A DNA stretch of 59,509 nucleotides, counting the filler. It is 4 parts of 4 records of this genome, joined end to end, with 100 filler letters (N's around TTAATTAATTAA, not from the genome) between each part and the next. Parts side by side here need not be neighbours in the genome. Positions count along the whole stretch, not along the records: positions 31,449 to 59,509 come from DRR723986_5505; 3 more parts are not named here. The stretch is one strand, 5' to 3'. The notes below the pieces were generated by a model. It saw nothing but the letters and a program-made list of their open reading frames with translations, had not been told where the DNA came from and did no database searches. Positions 58,057 through 59,509 of this stretch are shown here, piece after piece. Numbering within the stretch: position 1 is the first letter of the stretch; every line of letters begins with the position of its first letter. The translations under genes were made by a program, and so were the position numbers.

Positions 58057-59310
58057 TCAGTTTTTTTCAAGGCCCGTCATCTGGTCGAGCTGTTGGCGAA
58101 TATGAGCGGCTTCCGCGACTGTCCCGGCAAGTGAAATGGCCTGATCAAATGCGCAGCGCGCCTCGCTTGTCCGCCCCAGTTGTTTGAGCAGCGCCCCACG
58201 CGCGCCGTGATAATAGAAATATCCGCGAAGTTTGACTGCGAGCGGTTCGATCATCTGCAACGCAGCTGCGGCCCCTTCCGTTTTCGACACCGCAACGGCA
58301 CGGTTGAGTGTGACAACGGGAGATGGCGAGCGACGCTCGAGTGCGGCGTAAAGCTGTTCGATCTCTTTCCAGTCGGTGTCTTCCGGTGTCGCGGCACGCG
58401 CATGCAGAGCAGCAATTGCCGCCTGTATCTGATAGGGCCCCGGTCCGCGGCGGAGCATCGCCTTGTCAATGAGGACAAGGGCTTCGGCTATCATGGGCCG
58501 GTTCCATCGTGATCTGTCCTGATCTTCCAGGAGGACCAACAGGCCGTTTGCGCCAACTCGCGTCTCTTGACGGGAATGCTGCAACAGCATGAGCGCAAGC
58601 AGTCCCATGAGTTCCGGGTCGGAGGGAAACATCCGCAGCAGCAGCCTGGCCAGGCGAATACCCTCGTGGCACAGACCCGACCGCTCGCCAGCCGGATCAG
58701 GGTCGCTGTAGCCTTCGCTAAAGACGAGATAAATCATCGCGGATACAGCCGCCAGCCGGTTTGCCCGCTCTGCCTGATCCGGTGTCTCGAACGGCACGCC
58801 AGCGTCGGCTATCGTCGCCTTTGCACGGGTGATCCGCTGCCGCATCGCGTTTTCGCCGACCAGAAATACCCGGGCGATGTCACCAACCGGAATGCCGGAT
58901 ACGATGCGCAATGCAAGCGCGATCTGCTGGGTTGCCGGCAGATCCGGATGACAGCAGATAAACAGAAGGCGCAGGATGTCATCACGGTAGTCTGCCGTAT
59001 CGAGCCGTTCAACCAGGTCCGGTTCGGCATCCTCCACGTTCGACAGAACGTCTTCGGGGGGCAGACCGGAGGTCCTTGCCTCGCGTTTCAGCACGTCCAG
59101 CGTCAGATTGCGGCCGACGGTGATCAGCCATCCTTCCACGTTTCGCGGCGGTCCGTTGTCCGGCCAGATTTTCAAGGCGCGCAGGCAGGCTTCCTGAAAG
59201 GCTTCTTCGGCCAGATCCAGATCACGAAAATATCGGAGCAATGCGGCCATCACCCGTGGCCGCGAGGCAGTCAATTTGCTGTCAATCCATGTGAGATCAG
59301 GCGGTTGCAT
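58057..59310 (-). CDS. ECF sigma factor, ECF42-like (DUF6596 + TPR)
   Basis: AEEAFQEA, DDILRLLFICCHP, YLVFSEGY, QDRSRW, GPYQIQAAIAA.H, LNRAVA. Confidence 0.92.
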   Translation of the reverse strand: MQPPDLTWIDSKLTASRPRVMAALLRYFRDLDLAEEAFQEACLRALKIWPDNGPPRNVEGWLITVGRNLTLDVLKREARTSGLPPEDVLSNVEDAEPDLVERLDTADYRDDILRLLFICCHPDLPATQQIALALRIVSGIPVGDIARVFLVGENAMRQRITRAKATIADAGVPFETPDQAERANRLAAVSAMIYLVFSEGYSDPDPAGERSGLCHEGIRLARLLLRMFPSDPELMGLLALMLLQHSRQETRVGANGLLVLLEDQDRSRWNRPMIAEALVLIDKAMLRRGPGPYQIQAAIAALHARAATPEDTDWKEIEQLYAALERRSPSPVVTLNRAVAVSKTEGAAAALQMIEPLAVKLRGYFYYHGARGALLKQLGRTSEARCAFDQAISLAGTVAEAAHIRQQLDQMTGLEKN

Positions 59311-59509
59311 TGTCGGTGTCAGTCGTGGTGTCCGGGTGGAAGCTCTTGACCGGCCTCAGTTCATAGGCTCCACCGGGGTTGGCTTCGGTAAGGTCTCTGG
59401 CAAAGTCCAGGGCCTGCTGCTGATCCTCAACCTCGACCAGATAAAAGCCGAGCAGCTGTTCCTTGGTCTCCGCATAGGGGCCATCGGTAACGAGATTTTC
59501 CTTCTTGTG
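59297..59509 (-). CDS. YciI/DGPF family protein, 5' truncated (absent from the ORF track)
   Basis: Manual translation: ...VTDGPYAETKEQLLGFYLVEV...AYELRPV...stop at 59297. Confidence 0.9.
   Translation of the reverse strand, partial: HKKENLVTDGPYAETKEQLLGFYLVEVEDQQQALDFARDLTEANPGGAYELRPVKSFHPDTTTDTDNATA

Noticed and set aside
1-59509. CRISPR arrays, tRNA/rRNA, transposases, integrases, phage genes
   Set aside because: None recognised by eye.

Overview
The window is not one locus. It is four contigs joined by 100-bp artificial linkers (44 N + TTAATTAATTAA + 44 N at 14927-15026, 25056-25155 and 31349-31448), so adjacency across linkers means nothing. Contig 1 (1-14926) looks like an FCB-group (Bacteroidota/Kapabacteria-like) organism: ASPIC/UnbV protein, ECF42-type sigma-YciI-SRPBCC cluster, DinB, Prc protease, and a putative heme-uptake locus (T9SS-tagged HmuY-like protein, TonB receptor, HmuY lipoprotein). 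Contig 2 (15027-25055) is Rhodobacteraceae-like: GcvT-family oxidoreductase, MocA-like NTase, a large RTX/Hint protein with a hairpin-rich leader, and an amidohydrolase-CobW-M20 operon. Contig 3 (25156-31348) is also Rhodobacteraceae-like: aromatic acid-CoA ligase, RidA, TauD, BKACE, a RidA/WYL cassette and TctA. Contig 4 (31449-59509) is a GC-rich alphaproteobacterium: GH51 arabinoside uptake cluster; a LysR-linked 9-gene catabolic operon of unknown substrate (THI5/NMT1 ABC, FAD oxidoreductase, CoA transferase, crotonase, actinobacterial-type ferredoxin, DHDPS-family lyase, ALDH, dCMP-deaminase-like enzyme), which is the best candidate for an undescribed pathway; VOC/GST/DUF1428/HxlR genes; an RpiR-ugp-like operon; ccdAB; and a second ECF42 cluster. 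All family calls come from motif recognition by eye, not from database searches.
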